A DNA stretch of 64,000 nucleotides from an uncultured Ectothiorhodospiraceae bacterium (GCA_947258845.1 CAMYJZ010000001.1:226-64225), one strand, 5' to 3'. Positions 22,519-32,013 are shown, numbered from the stretch's first letter. The notes: generated by a model from the letters alone, not told the origin. Numbers and translations are program-made.

Positions 22519-23514
22519 ATGAGTGAGCTTTACTATGCCGCGGCCTGCCAGACGGCATTCGATTGTCCGGCAGACCGCAGCTCGATCGAGGAACGGACCC
22601 GGCGGATGTGCACCATCGCCGAGCAGACCATAGTCGGCTATGAGCCGTTCTTCGATGTGCGCCTGCTGGCGTTTCCTGAGTTCGCCCATGCCGCACCGAT
22701 CTATGACAGTATTGACAAGCTGCGCGACCGGCTGGCGGTTCCGATCCCCAACGAGCACACCGAGCGCTATACCCGGCTGGCGCGCCAGTACGGCTGTTAT
22801 ATCCAGACCGGCACCTTCCTGGAGGTTGACAGCGCCTATCCTGACGCGGTGTTCAACACCACGCTGCTGATCGGCCCCGGGGGCATCCTGTCGAAGTACC
22901 GCAAGGTCAACCCGTGGATACCCTGGGAGTTGCACGCCAGTCCCCATGATATCGCTGGCTACAGCGAGGACCTGTTTCCCGTGGTCGATACCGAGCTCGG
23001 CAGGCTGGGGGTGGCGATCTGCTACGACTGGCTGTTTCCCGAGACCCTGCGCGAGATCGCCTTTCGTGGTGCCGAGGTGATCATCCGGGTCTCTGCCTAC
23101 ATGGACCCCTGGGGCGCGACGCCGCCAATGGACTGGTGGACGCTGTTCAACCGGGCGCGTGCCGTGGAAAACACGGTCTATGTGGTGGCGGCCAACCAGG
23201 GGGCCAGCCTGGCCTGCTATCCACCGTTCAGCTGGCCCGGCGGCAGCATGGTGGTCGATTACGACGGCCGGATACTCGCCCAGGCCGATCCCGGGCCGGG
23301 CGAGAAGGTCGTGGTCGCGCCGCTGGACATCGGGGCCCTGCGCCACGAACGCGCCCGCCGCAGCGGCCACGACATGCGCGCCCACCTGCGCAGCGAGGCC
23401 CACGACTACCTGGCCACGGGACGGCTGGGAGCTGGCGGCGCCGCGGCTTCCGACTTTACCAGGGCGGCCATCGAGCAGCGCATCCGCGCCGCGAAGGCGC
23501 GCCTGGACGAGTAG
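22519..23514 (+). CDS. carbon-nitrogen hydrolase, aliphatic amidase/formamidase (AmiE/AmiF)-like
   Basis: YRKVNPWIPWE and ICYDWLFPE (catalytic Cys) align with AmiF YRKLFPWNPIEPW / ICHDGMIPE. The E-K-C triad context is present. Confidence 0.8.
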   Translation: MSELYYAAACQTAFDCPADRSSIEERTRRMCTIAEQTIVGYEPFFDVRLLAFPEFAHAAPIYDSIDKLRDRLAVPIPNEHTERYTRLARQYGCYIQTGTFLEVDSAYPDAVFNTTLLIGPGGILSKYRKVNPWIPWELHASPHDIAGYSEDLFPVVDTELGRLGVAICYDWLFPETLREIAFRGAEVIIRVSAYMDPWGATPPMDWWTLFNRARAVENTVYVVAANQGASLACYPPFSWPGGSMVVDYDGRILAQADPGPGEKVVVAPLDIGALRHERARRSGHDMRAHLRSEAHDYLATGRLGAGGAAASDFTRAAIEQRIRAAKARLDE

Positions 23515-23523
23515 GCGCAGCGG

Positions 23524-23916
23524 ATGTCCTCGTTGCCCGATATTCCCGCCGCGGTGACCCGCTCGCCGGCCCGCCTGACACCGGCGGTGCTGCAGGCCGC
23601 GGAACTGCTGGGCCTGTACCGTGCAGAACTGGCCCGGGTGCTGCACCTGCAGTGCGGGGACATAGGCCTGCCGGGAGCGGCGCGTGAAAAGCTGGTACCC
23701 GGTAGCCGAAGCTGGCAGCAGGCCGCGCTGTTCATCCGGTTCTACCGGGCGCTGTTTGCCGTTATGGAGGGTGACGAGGCCGCCATGTGCCACTGGCTGC
23801 GGGCCAGCAACCGGCAGCTTGAGGGTGTGCCCTTGCTGCTGCTGGTCGACGAGGACCGGCTGGGTGAGGTGCTGGATCACCTGCGCTCGTTGCCGGGCGC
23901 GCGGGTCTGCCAATGA
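23524..23916 (+). CDS. Xre/MbcA/ParS-like antitoxin-family protein (DUF2384 C-terminal toxin-binding domain)
   Basis: C-terminal ...GDEAAMCHWLRASNRQLEGVPLLLLVDEDRLGEVLDHLRSLPG matches the DUF2384 pattern (W-L..N..L.G..P..L.....G...V...L). Lies 9 bp after the amidase gene. Confidence 0.6.
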   Translation: MSSLPDIPAAVTRSPARLTPAVLQAAELLGLYRAELARVLHLQCGDIGLPGAAREKLVPGSRSWQQAALFIRFYRALFAVMEGDEAAMCHWLRASNRQLEGVPLLLLVDEDRLGEVLDHLRSLPGARVCQ

Positions 23917-23953
23917 ACCTGTCGACATACTGTAATCATCGGCGACGGCTTTC

Positions 23954-24781
23954 ATGACCCTGTTAACGGACCAGAACGCGTACCTGCGGGCCTGGCACGA
24001 GGACCACTATGACAAGCAGGTGCTGGTTGAAGGTGACTCCTGGGTGTCCTATCCCTTCCTGCAAAACCTGGCCCGGCAGATCGATGATGATGACACCCTG
24101 ATGCTGAACCTTGCCGCGCCCGGTGACGAGGCCCGGCGTATTCTGAAGTCCGGCAGTCCTCAGTTAAAGACGCTGCGCCGGTTGCTGCACACCCGGCGTT
24201 ACGGCTACAACTTTGACCTGATCTTTCTGAGCCTGGGCGGCAACGATATCATCGGTCCCGAGATCCACACCCACGGATTCGTATACGACAAGCGGGAATT
24301 CCCCGGCCTGATCGGACGTGAACTCCTGACCCCGCGCTTTTATGACACCGTTACCGGGATCGCCCGCGGCTACGAGAATTTTCTGAAGCTGCGCGATCGC
24401 TCGGACCTGAATCCGTTCACCCCGGTGGTTACCCACGTCTACAGTTACCTGAGACCGAGGAAGGTCGGTACCCGACTGGGTCCATTGAGGTTCGGCAGGG
24501 GCTGGATCCGGGTGCACCTGGAACGTATGCATATCAGGGACCCGGCCGAACAGCTGGACATTATGCAGGGCATGGTGGATGCCCTGTACAAGCGGCTGCA
24601 ACCGCTGGAGGACCGCTTCAGCCACTTCGTGGTCGTGGATACGCGCCACGTCCTGTCCTGCAAGGGGCGTCCGAAGACGGCCTGGTGGAAGGACGAGATC
24701 CATCCGCGCAGCAAGGGGTTTGCGCGGCTTGCGAGGCATATCCGGCGGGTGGCGCGGGCACGTGGGTGCTGGCCGGATTAA
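23954..24781 (+). CDS. SGNH/GDSL-family hydrolase
   Basis: Block I VLVEGDSWVSY (GDS), block III GGNDI, block V DEIHP (DxxH). Confidence 0.6.
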   Translation: MTLLTDQNAYLRAWHEDHYDKQVLVEGDSWVSYPFLQNLARQIDDDDTLMLNLAAPGDEARRILKSGSPQLKTLRRLLHTRRYGYNFDLIFLSLGGNDIIGPEIHTHGFVYDKREFPGLIGRELLTPRFYDTVTGIARGYENFLKLRDRSDLNPFTPVVTHVYSYLRPRKVGTRLGPLRFGRGWIRVHLERMHIRDPAEQLDIMQGMVDALYKRLQPLEDRFSHFVVVDTRHVLSCKGRPKTAWWKDEIHPRSKGFARLARHIRRVARARGCWPD

Positions 24782-24976
24782 GCGCTGCCCTTGTTTGTGT
24801 AGCCTATCATAAATAGCATGTAACTACATGATAATAATGTTTAATTTTAATGTTATTCCGGACCTGCTGCGGTGCCGTCGGGTGGCGGCCCGGTAGTGGC
24901 GCCGGCTGGCCTGTTACCCTTTTCCGTCCCCCGGCGTTAGCGACAGGTAGGCAATCCGCTAAACCAGGAGTCCATC
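24782..24976 (+). promoter_or_regulatory. very AT-rich (about 25-30% GC) promoter/UP-element-like region upstream of the His-rich protein gene
   Basis: ...tagcctatcataaatagcatgtaactacatgataataatgtttaattttaatgttattcc... is in sharp contrast to the about 64% GC surroundings. Confidence 0.4.
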
Positions 24977-25369
24977 ATGAAAATGCATATCAAAGTTCCT
25001 TCTCTGGTGGCCACCGTTCTGGCCATCTCCCTGGCCGGCCCGGGCGCGGCCCTGGCGGGTGACAAGCACCGCAACTATGACCGGCATGACTACGGTTCCC
25101 ACCAGGACCGGCAGCATAACCGGAATCACTATTATTCGCGGGACCAGTATGGTGACCGGCACCACTACAAGCAGCGCCGGCATGCCAAGGCCCACAAGTA
25201 CGACAGGCATCACTACAAGCATCAAAAGAAGCACCGTTACAACCGGCACAGCTACGCTTACAAATACGATGATGACGACGACGAGAAGCTGCTGATCGGA
25301 CTGGTGCTGGGTGGCCTGATCGGTTATGCCATCAACAATGCCTATGACGCGGACATCTATGACCAATGA
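24977..25369 (+). CDS. secreted His/Tyr/Arg/Asp-rich low-complexity protein with C-terminal glycine-zipper helix
   Basis: Signal peptide MKMHIKVPSLVATVLAISLAGPGAALA; repeats of DRH/HYK/RHH...; DDDDDE; C-terminal LLIGLVLGGLIGYAI (GxxxG zipper). Confidence 0.65.
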   Translation: MKMHIKVPSLVATVLAISLAGPGAALAGDKHRNYDRHDYGSHQDRQHNRNHYYSRDQYGDRHHYKQRRHAKAHKYDRHHYKHQKKHRYNRHSYAYKYDDDDDEKLLIGLVLGGLIGYAINNAYDADIYDQ

Positions 25370-25428
25370 TTGCTGCCGGCTGGCCCATGGCCCGGCCGGC
25401 TGTGGTGGAATTCCGTAAGGCATACAGA

Positions 25429-25461
25429 AGCACGCCTCGAATCAGGGAAACGAGGCGTGCT
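25429..25461. terminator. perfect 11-bp GC-rich inverted repeat (AGCACGCCTCG-N11-CGAGGCGTGCT) between convergent genes; possible bidirectional terminator or RNA element, no U-tract
   Basis: Read directly from the sequence. Confidence 0.4.
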
Positions 25462-25599
25462 AGTGACATACGAGGCCGACAACCTTCTGTGTATTATTCT
25501 GTATATGCCACTGGGTATTATCTTAGGCAGCCGGTAGTGGCGTGTATATCGTCCTGAAGTACATCGTCCAAAGGTACGACTGCCATCGGAAGGTACCTG

Positions 25600-26085
25600 T
25601 CAGCCGGCGCTGATTGCCTCCCCCCTCGGGGTATGCGTGCGGCACACTGCCTTGAGCGTGGTCATGGTGTCGTCATAGGACAACTCCGGTACCTGGATGC
25701 CACGGCGGCCGCGTTCGGCGTGGGCAATGAGGTCTTCGATGGAAATGATGCCTTCCACCTGTCCGCTGGCGTTGGTCACCGGCAGGCGGCGCACCTTCTG
25801 GTATGACATGGTCTTGAGGGCGTTCATGATGTCGCTCTCAGGCTGGCAGGTAAACAACTGGCGACTCATGATCTCCTGTACCTGGATCTCGCTGGCCGCC
25901 TTGTGTTGCAGGGCGACCGCCATGCAGATATCCCGGTCGGTGATAATGCCGATCGCGCTGCCGGAGGCGTCGATAACGGCCACGGTTCCGCAGTCGTTAT
26001 CCCACATCAAGATGGCAGCCGCTTCCAGCGTGGTTTCCGGTCCACAGCTGGTCACATCGCGGTTCATTATCTGTTTGACGATCAT
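25600..26085 (-). CDS. CBS domain pair protein
   Basis: Two CBS motifs (IMNRDVTSCGPETTLEAAAILM...GTVAVID; IMSRQLFTCQPESDIMNALKTM...RLPV). Confidence 0.8.
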   Translation of the reverse strand: MIVKQIMNRDVTSCGPETTLEAAAILMWDNDCGTVAVIDASGSAIGIITDRDICMAVALQHKAASEIQVQEIMSRQLFTCQPESDIMNALKTMSYQKVRRLPVTNASGQVEGIISIEDLIAHAERGRRGIQVPELSYDDTMTTLKAVCRTHTPRGEAISAG

Positions 26086-26483
26086 TGTGCTCCTCCTGGT
26101 TTAAGTGATGGGTCGATCCTGCCTGTCTGGCTTATGCTCCTGGATGGATAATGGATTGTTGTTACCCTCGTATGTCACTCTCCGGTTGGCGCCTCGGTTC
26201 GTGCGTACCGGGCCACGACTGTCATGCCCCCTGCACGGTTCACCAAGCTGGCCTTAACTTACGCCAGCCTGTCTTTTTGTCAAGCACCCGATGCGCCCGG
26301 TCGGCCAGGTCGTGTGTTACCCGGTTACCGGGCATTGATCCTGTCCGGAAGATTGTTATATCGTCTGCCGATGATGGCTATCCCGGTCACCGGCCCCGAG
26401 AATCCTCAACTGCAACAGGCCTGCTTCGAAACACGCTGCCGCTGGGCGCGTCGGCGGCGGGGCGGGTGATTGTGAGCGAGGGC

Positions 26484-26768
26484 ATGCACCTGTTCCTGCT
26501 GTTTGTGGCCTGGGTCATTATCGCTGCCGGGGTCCACTTTGCGGTCAAACGCTACTTCCTGGCGTCATTCCTGGCGGCCGTTGCCATGGTGCTTGCGACC
26601 CAGGTTGCGGGTTATCTCCAGACCGGGGGTCTTGACCCGCTCTGGTTGCTCAGTTGCGCTGTCGGGTTCTCGATGGCGCTGGTCATGGCACTGCTGGTGG
26701 GCTTGCCGTTTCGGGTGTTGCGACAGCTGCGTAACACCGGCCTGTCGGAATCAGGGCCCAATGATTAG
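26484..26768 (+). CDS. small membrane protein (94 aa)
   Basis: Three hydrophobic helices beginning at an internal ATG (MHLFLLFVAWVIIAAG...). The upstream part of the track ORF is Cys/Arg-rich junk. Confidence 0.4.
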   Translation: MHLFLLFVAWVIIAAGVHFAVKRYFLASFLAAVAMVLATQVAGYLQTGGLDPLWLLSCAVGFSMALVMALLVGLPFRVLRQLRNTGLSESGPND

Positions 26769-26789
26769 CTTCACTGAAGGCCCGGCGGG

Positions 26790-27404
26790 TCAATTGTTTG
26801 GAGGTTGGGCCGGCAGATCTGAAAGGGCGGGTATCCAGGCTGTCAGGGGTGTCCCGGTCTGGCCGGTTTGATCCAGAACATAAAGGCCATCCGGTTCGAG
26901 TTGTTCGATCAGGCGTTCCCAGAGTGACCCGGGACTGGTGCTGAATACGGCCTGCGGGTCGCCTTCAATGACATGCCAGCTATCGCCCTGCAGCTCGCGC
27001 GCGAGTTGCCCTGCCGACCAGCTCGCGTGCCCCACATAGAAATGCAGTTCATCCGGCGGCTTGTTCTCGGCCAGCAGCCGGTTCATCACATCGCGGTCGG
27101 CGCTGATATAGATATCGCCGACGACGCGCCTTATCAGCCCGGTCTGCCCGGTGTTACGCATCAGCATCATGATCTGACCGTGTTGCACCGGGCCGCCGAA
27201 ATACAGGGAATACCTGGCGCCGACCTGCTCCCTGATGCCCGTTATGGCCTCGGATAAATTCAACCCGCTGGGGCGGTTCACGATGAGGCCGGCAGAGCCT
27301 TCCGGTCCGTGTTCCAGCAGGTAGATCACGCTGCGACTGAAGTGGGGATCCCGGAGATCGCGTTGTGCGACCAGGAACATGCCGGCCGCCGGCTGCGTTT
27401 CCAT
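26790..27404 (-). CDS. yqgE: YqgE/AlgH family protein (UPF0301)
   Basis: ...FLVAQRDLRDPHFSRSVIYLLEHGPEGSAGLIVNRPS... matches the AlgH family signature. An alternative longer start at 27509 would add a signal-peptide-like segment. Confidence 0.75.
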   Translation of the reverse strand: METQPAAGMFLVAQRDLRDPHFSRSVIYLLEHGPEGSAGLIVNRPSGLNLSEAITGIREQVGARYSLYFGGPVQHGQIMMLMRNTGQTGLIRRVVGDIYISADRDVMNRLLAENKPPDELHFYVGHASWSAGQLARELQGDSWHVIEGDPQAVFSTSPGSLWERLIEQLEPDGLYVLDQTGQTGTPLTAWIPALSDLPAQPPNN

Positions 27405-27539
27405 TGTCCCCGGCGGTGCGGGGTCGCTGATCGCCGGCTTTGATGCGACGGCGACCGGCTCCGGCAGCAGGCACAGGCAGGCCATAATGATGAGAGGGCG
27501 CAGGTGCATGGTGAGAAGTATAGTGAACTCTCTGCAATT

Positions 27540-27818
27540 ATGACGGGGCCATGGGGTGTCCGGATGATTCCGATCCACGAGCTGCTCAACCGGATCCGCT
27601 GGGACCGGGATTTCGGCCGGGCGGACTTCATTATCGGCTACTACGACCGGGTGACTGATGAAATCATCCGGGTGCCGCTGGCCGAACTGTATTTCGAACC
27701 CGATGACCACTTTTCCTTCGAGCTGGTCGATCACGCGGGTGAGCTGCACAGCATCCCGCTGCACCGGATTCGGGAGGTGTTCCGGGACGGGGTGCTGATC
27801 TGGCTGCGCGGGAACTGA
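27540..27818 (+). CDS. small conserved hypothetical protein (possibly DUF504-like)
   Basis: ORF track 27504..27818 trimmed to an internal ATG; divergent from yqgE; coding-like composition. Confidence 0.5.
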   Translation: MTGPWGVRMIPIHELLNRIRWDRDFGRADFIIGYYDRVTDEIIRVPLAELYFEPDDHFSFELVDHAGELHSIPLHRIREVFRDGVLIWLRGN

Positions 27819-27839
27819 GCGGGGGCGGGCCCGGTGTGC

Positions 27840-29960
27840 TCAGCGGCTGGCGGCGAAGGACACCCGGAATTCCGCGCCGGGGTTCTGATTGACGATATCG
27901 ACCTGCCCGTCCATTGCCACTACCAGCTGGTGCACCAGGGCCAGGCCGATGCCGGTGCCCACGGTCTCGCGGGTGAGTTCGTTCTCGGAACGGTAGAACA
28001 GCCTGAAGATCTTTTTCATCTGGTCGCGGGGGATGCCGGGACCGTAATCACGCACCCTGAACAGCACGCTGCCGTCCTGCCGGAGGGTGCAACCAAGGTC
28101 AATGGCGCGGCGTTCGGCCCGGGCGGAAAACTTGATAGCGTTGTCCACCAGGTTGATGATGATCTGGGTGAAATAATCGGGATCGACCCGGACGATCGAG
28201 CGGGCGGCGTCGTCGTTGCTGTCCAGGGTGAATTCGAAGCCCGCCCGTTCGACCTGGGCACCGATCCGGGAACGCACGGTGTCCAGTAATTCACCGGCGC
28301 TCACGGGCTTCAGGTCCACCTCCAGGTCATTGCGCGTCATGCGCGCCAGTTGCAGTACGTTGGTAATCAGGCGTGACAGGCGTTCACTCTCGTCGAAGAT
28401 ATAGTCGTAGTAGACCTGTTTCTTTTTGTCATCGGCCCAGCCCTCGCGCAGCATCTCGCCATACAGGCGTATCGAGGTCAGCGGGGTCTTGAGTTCGTGG
28501 CTGACGGCGGAGACGAAATCCTGTTGCTGACGGGCCAGGTCGATCTGCCCGGCACCCAGCCGGTACATCAGATAGAAACCGCCCAGCAACACCAGCGCGA
28601 GGACGGCGGCGATCCAGCTGATCAGGCTGCTGCCGGGCGCGGCGGGCAGCCGGGTGATGCTGAAGATCAGTTCCATCCCGCTAAGGGGGGCGGACAGGCG
28701 CCGCTGGTAAAGCAGTGCGCCACGCAGTTCCTCGGCGCTGGACAGGTAGCCGCGCGCGGCCTGGCCGGTGAAGGCCGTGAAGACATTGCCCTGGTAGGCG
28801 ACAATCAGGTCACTCATCTGCGCCAGGGCGGTCTCGTTGAAGGCGGCCTGGATGACACCCCGCAGGAACGGCTGCTGTTCGATCAGTGCGCCCTGGACGT
28901 AGCGTTGCCCGTCCCGCCAGACCCGGCGGAACAGTACGAAGTGACCGCTGTCTAGCAGACTGATCTCGAAGGGGTCGATCTCGCTCTCGAAGGTGTGGAT
29001 GCGCAGCGCCGATTGTGGTGCGTGCGGCACGGCGGTTTCGGCCTCGAGCACCGGCGCGGCTGGCAACGACCCCGGCTCGGTCAGCGGTTCCGGCAGGGCG
29101 CTGCGCTCCCGGCGGGCGGTGCGTTTTTCCAGCAAGGGTGCCTGGGCGCCGGCAACTTCGGCTTGCCGTTTCTCGGCGGGCAGGGCCTGGTAGCGGGAGT
29201 CCAGCTTCAGGTCCTCGACGCGCCCCAGTGCCGTGCTGTGCTTCTGCTTGCGCTCCTGTTGCAGCGGGGCGGCGGTCTTCTCGTTGAGGCGGTCGAAGCT
29301 GGCCTGGCCCGCCGGCTGTTGTTGCGCCAGGCGTGGCGGAGGGGGCGCGGCATCGTCCAGGGAGAGCTGCGCCGCGCCGTCCCTGTCTGCTCCCCCCGTG
29401 GCAAGACTGTCGCTGCGCATGCCGGATGGCGCGTATGCTGCCTTACCGCCGGCCGCGTCGGATTCTGTGTCGCGAACCAGCCGGTTGCGGCCGAGGATCT
29501 GTTGCATGCGCCCGGCAAGCACCAGTCGCCGGTCGAGCTCCTGTGCGGAGATGCCGTAGGCCGCCGGTTCCACGCCCGCCTGCGGCAGCAGGGGGGTGCT
29601 GAAACCGCCCTCGGCATCAACCTGAAAGTGGCCGATCAGTCCGGGGATGGCGCTGCTGACCGGATAGTCCGACAGCGGTGAACGCTGCACGAAACTGGCG
29701 GCGGGGTCACCGGCGATGACCAGGAAGGCATAGTCACTGAAGCGGTGCGTTTCCTCTGCCTCGAGCAGCTGGCGGTAGCGCTTGTCGATGCGCGCGGCCA
29801 GTTCCTCCGCCAGCACCCGGTGCTGGTGAAACACCTCCCACTTCAGCTGGCTGTAGGCCTGGTAGACCAGGATACCGGCGGGAATGGCCAAAGCCAGAAA
29901 GAAAACCGCCAGCCAGCGGCGCAGGCGTTTACGGTCCAATCCGGTGAGCACGGTCTGCAT
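27840..29960 (-). CDS. sensor histidine kinase with large periplasmic domain
   Basis: N-terminal TM, long Pro/Ala/Gln-rich periplasmic region, second TM, H-box HELKTPLTSI, N-box LVDNAIKFS, G-box DYGPGI / GTGIGL. Confidence 0.85.
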   Translation of the reverse strand: MQTVLTGLDRKRLRRWLAVFFLALAIPAGILVYQAYSQLKWEVFHQHRVLAEELAARIDKRYRQLLEAEETHRFSDYAFLVIAGDPAASFVQRSPLSDYPVSSAIPGLIGHFQVDAEGGFSTPLLPQAGVEPAAYGISAQELDRRLVLAGRMQQILGRNRLVRDTESDAAGGKAAYAPSGMRSDSLATGGADRDGAAQLSLDDAAPPPPRLAQQQPAGQASFDRLNEKTAAPLQQERKQKHSTALGRVEDLKLDSRYQALPAEKRQAEVAGAQAPLLEKRTARRERSALPEPLTEPGSLPAAPVLEAETAVPHAPQSALRIHTFESEIDPFEISLLDSGHFVLFRRVWRDGQRYVQGALIEQQPFLRGVIQAAFNETALAQMSDLIVAYQGNVFTAFTGQAARGYLSSAEELRGALLYQRRLSAPLSGMELIFSITRLPAAPGSSLISWIAAVLALVLLGGFYLMYRLGAGQIDLARQQQDFVSAVSHELKTPLTSIRLYGEMLREGWADDKKKQVYYDYIFDESERLSRLITNVLQLARMTRNDLEVDLKPVSAGELLDTVRSRIGAQVERAGFEFTLDSNDDAARSIVRVDPDYFTQIIINLVDNAIKFSARAERRAIDLGCTLRQDGSVLFRVRDYGPGIPRDQMKKIFRLFYRSENELTRETVGTGIGLALVHQLVVAMDGQVDIVNQNPGAEFRVSFAASR

Positions 29961-29964
29961 TAGC

Positions 29965-30666
29965 CTAATCCGTTAGCAGCCGGTAGCCCGCGCCGCGCAC
30001 GGTAACCAGGTGGCGCGGTTGTGACGGGTCGGGTTCGATCTTGCGGCGCAGCTTGGCGATGTGGATGTCGACGGTCCGGGTTTCGATGTTCAGGTCCCTG
30101 GCGTAGCCCCAGACCCGGGTCAGCAGTTCCTCGCGCGAGACCGGCCGCTCCGAATTGGCATTCAGGTACTGCAGTATGTCCATTTCGCGGCGCGTGAACG
30201 CAAGGTTTTCCCCGGCGCGTGTGCCCTGCAGGTTGCGGCAGTCGATCTCGATAGCGTTACCCAGGTGGATCCGGTGGTTCATCCCGACACCGATGCGCGC
30301 ACGCCGCAGTACGGCCTGGATACGCAGCATCAGCTGGGCTACCGAAAAGGGCTTGGCGATGTAATCGTCGGCGCCCAGTGACAGGCCCTGGATGATGTCT
30401 TCATCACTGGTCTTGGCCGTCAGCATGATGATGGCCTGCTCGGGGTCGCGTGCGCGGATCCGGTTGCAGATGTCGAAGCCGTTCATGCCGGGCAGCATGA
30501 CATCGAGCAGGATGAGGTCAAATTGCCCGCTCACGGCCTTGTCCAGTCCCGCGTTGCCTTCAGCCGCGGAGTCGGTTTCGTAGCCGTGGAACACCAGCAC
30601 ATCCATCAGGCCGTCGCGGATGGCGGCCTCGTCCTCGACAACAAGAATACGGATTTTGCGTTGCAT
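29965..30666 (-). CDS. OmpR-family response regulator
   Basis: RILVVEDE...receiver D, winged-helix C-terminus ...RHLVTVRGAGYRL. Start trimmed to MQRKIRILVVEDE. Confidence 0.85.
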   Translation of the reverse strand: MQRKIRILVVEDEAAIRDGLMDVLVFHGYETDSAAEGNAGLDKAVSGQFDLILLDVMLPGMNGFDICNRIRARDPEQAIIMLTAKTSDEDIIQGLSLGADDYIAKPFSVAQLMLRIQAVLRRARIGVGMNHRIHLGNAIEIDCRNLQGTRAGENLAFTRREMDILQYLNANSERPVSREELLTRVWGYARDLNIETRTVDIHIAKLRRKIEPDPSQPRHLVTVRGAGYRLLTD

Positions 30667-30890
30667 GGTCTTTGCTCGTCCGCTATCCCGAAACGGTTGA
30701 ATGTTCAAGACGGTGCGCCGCCTGCATGACGCCGTGCTGATTAAAGCCTATCAGCTTGTTCCGACCGCGGCATGTAAATATTTTGTAAATCATGCACCGG
30801 AAGTTTTACCAAAGCCTGTCTACCTGCAAGTCGGCGTGGCTCCTAGACTGAATTCACAGTCAACAGAACCACACGGCAAGGAGGTGAACC

Positions 30891-31427
30891 ATGGCATTAA
30901 TAACCCGCGTATCACGACTGTTTCGGGCCGATATCCACGCGGTCCTGGATCGTATCGAAGAGCCCGATGTGTTGCTGCGGCAGGCCGTCCGGGAAATGGA
31001 GGAGGCGCTCGCCCGCGATGAACAGCGTATCAAGGTGCTGACCCGTGAACACGAGCAGCTGGTCAGCCGACATCGGGACATACAGCAGTCCCTGGAGGGA
31101 ATCGAGGCAGAGCTGGATGTCTGCTTCGACTCCGGCAAGGAGGACCTGGCCCGGGCACTGATCCGGCGCAGGTTGGAGGCACAGCGCTTTATACAGTTTC
31201 TCACCCGCAGGCACGAGACGCTGGGAACGACACTGGCCGGACTCAGGGACCGGGTCGGTGAAAACCGGACGCAGCTGGAGAGCATGCGCCAGAAGGTCGA
31301 ACTGCTGGCCGAGGACGAGGCACCTGCCCGTCACGAAGAGGCCCGGGCCACCCCGGACACCTCGGTACGTGATGCGGACGTGGAGGTGGCCTTTCTGCGT
31401 GAACGGCAGAAGCGGGGGCTGTCATGA
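30891..31427 (+). CDS. PspA/IM30 (ESCRT-III-like) family protein, short form (178 aa)
   Basis: MALITRVSRLFRADIHAVLDRIEEP... against E. coli PspA [25 protein letters not shown]...; EDLARALI against EDLARAAL. Strong AAGGAGGTG RBS. Confidence 0.75.
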   Translation: MALITRVSRLFRADIHAVLDRIEEPDVLLRQAVREMEEALARDEQRIKVLTREHEQLVSRHRDIQQSLEGIEAELDVCFDSGKEDLARALIRRRLEAQRFIQFLTRRHETLGTTLAGLRDRVGENRTQLESMRQKVELLAEDEAPARHEEARATPDTSVRDADVEVAFLRERQKRGLS

Positions 31428-31993
31428 AACGCCCGAACTTCATGGAAGGGGTCGCGCTGGCCCTGGGTGTGAGTGTCCTTGCCAGCGTGTTGTTCACGGT
31501 CCTGGGGCCGGTGTTCGGCAGCACTGCGATCCTGCGTTTGCTGATCGCCACCAGCAGCCTGGTCTATGTCATCTATCTGCTGAGTCGCAGTAGCGAACGC
31601 GTGGGACGAGTCACCACTCTGGCCGCCTGGGTCGTGGCGGCGCTCGCACTCTGGTGGCTGGAGCCGCCGCTGCTGCTCTATGTACTGGGGCATGCCGGAT
31701 TCATCTGGCTGGTCCGCTCGCTGTACTTCCATGCCGGCGTGCTCTCTGCGCTGGCCGACCTGGGCCTGAGCGGCCTGGCCCTGGTGGCAGCGGTCTGGGC
31801 GACGCTGCAGGCAGGCAGCCTGTTTCTCAGCCTCTGGTGTTTCTTCCTGGTGCAGGCGCTGTTTACCGGTATCCCGAAGCACATCGGGCGCACGCCCCCG
31901 AAACGGCGGCCCGATCCCGATGACGAAGACCGTTTCCAGCATGCCCACCGTGTTGCGGAAGGGGCGTTGCGCAGAATCACATCAGTCAATTAA
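31424..31993 (+). CDS. polytopic membrane protein (4-5 TM), translationally coupled to the pspA-like gene
   Basis: ATGA overlap with the upstream gene; multiple hydrophobic helices; basic C-terminal tail. Confidence 0.65.
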   Translation: MKRPNFMEGVALALGVSVLASVLFTVLGPVFGSTAILRLLIATSSLVYVIYLLSRSSERVGRVTTLAAWVVAALALWWLEPPLLLYVLGHAGFIWLVRSLYFHAGVLSALADLGLSGLALVAAVWATLQAGSLFLSLWCFFLVQALFTGIPKHIGRTPPKRRPDPDDEDRFQHAHRVAEGALRRITSVN

Positions 31994-32013
31994 ATCTTCA
32001 GGAGGTAAATCAA

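Noticed and set aside
22450-23955. 501-aa minus-strand ORF over the amidase and DUF2384 genes
   Set aside because: Antisense shadow of two genes with conserved catalytic motifs; Arg/Gly/Pro-rich.
30667-30890. Sigma-54 (PspF-type) promoter upstream of the pspA-like gene
   Set aside because: No TGGCAC-N5-TTGC-like element was found. Regulation by the divergent TCS seems more likely.
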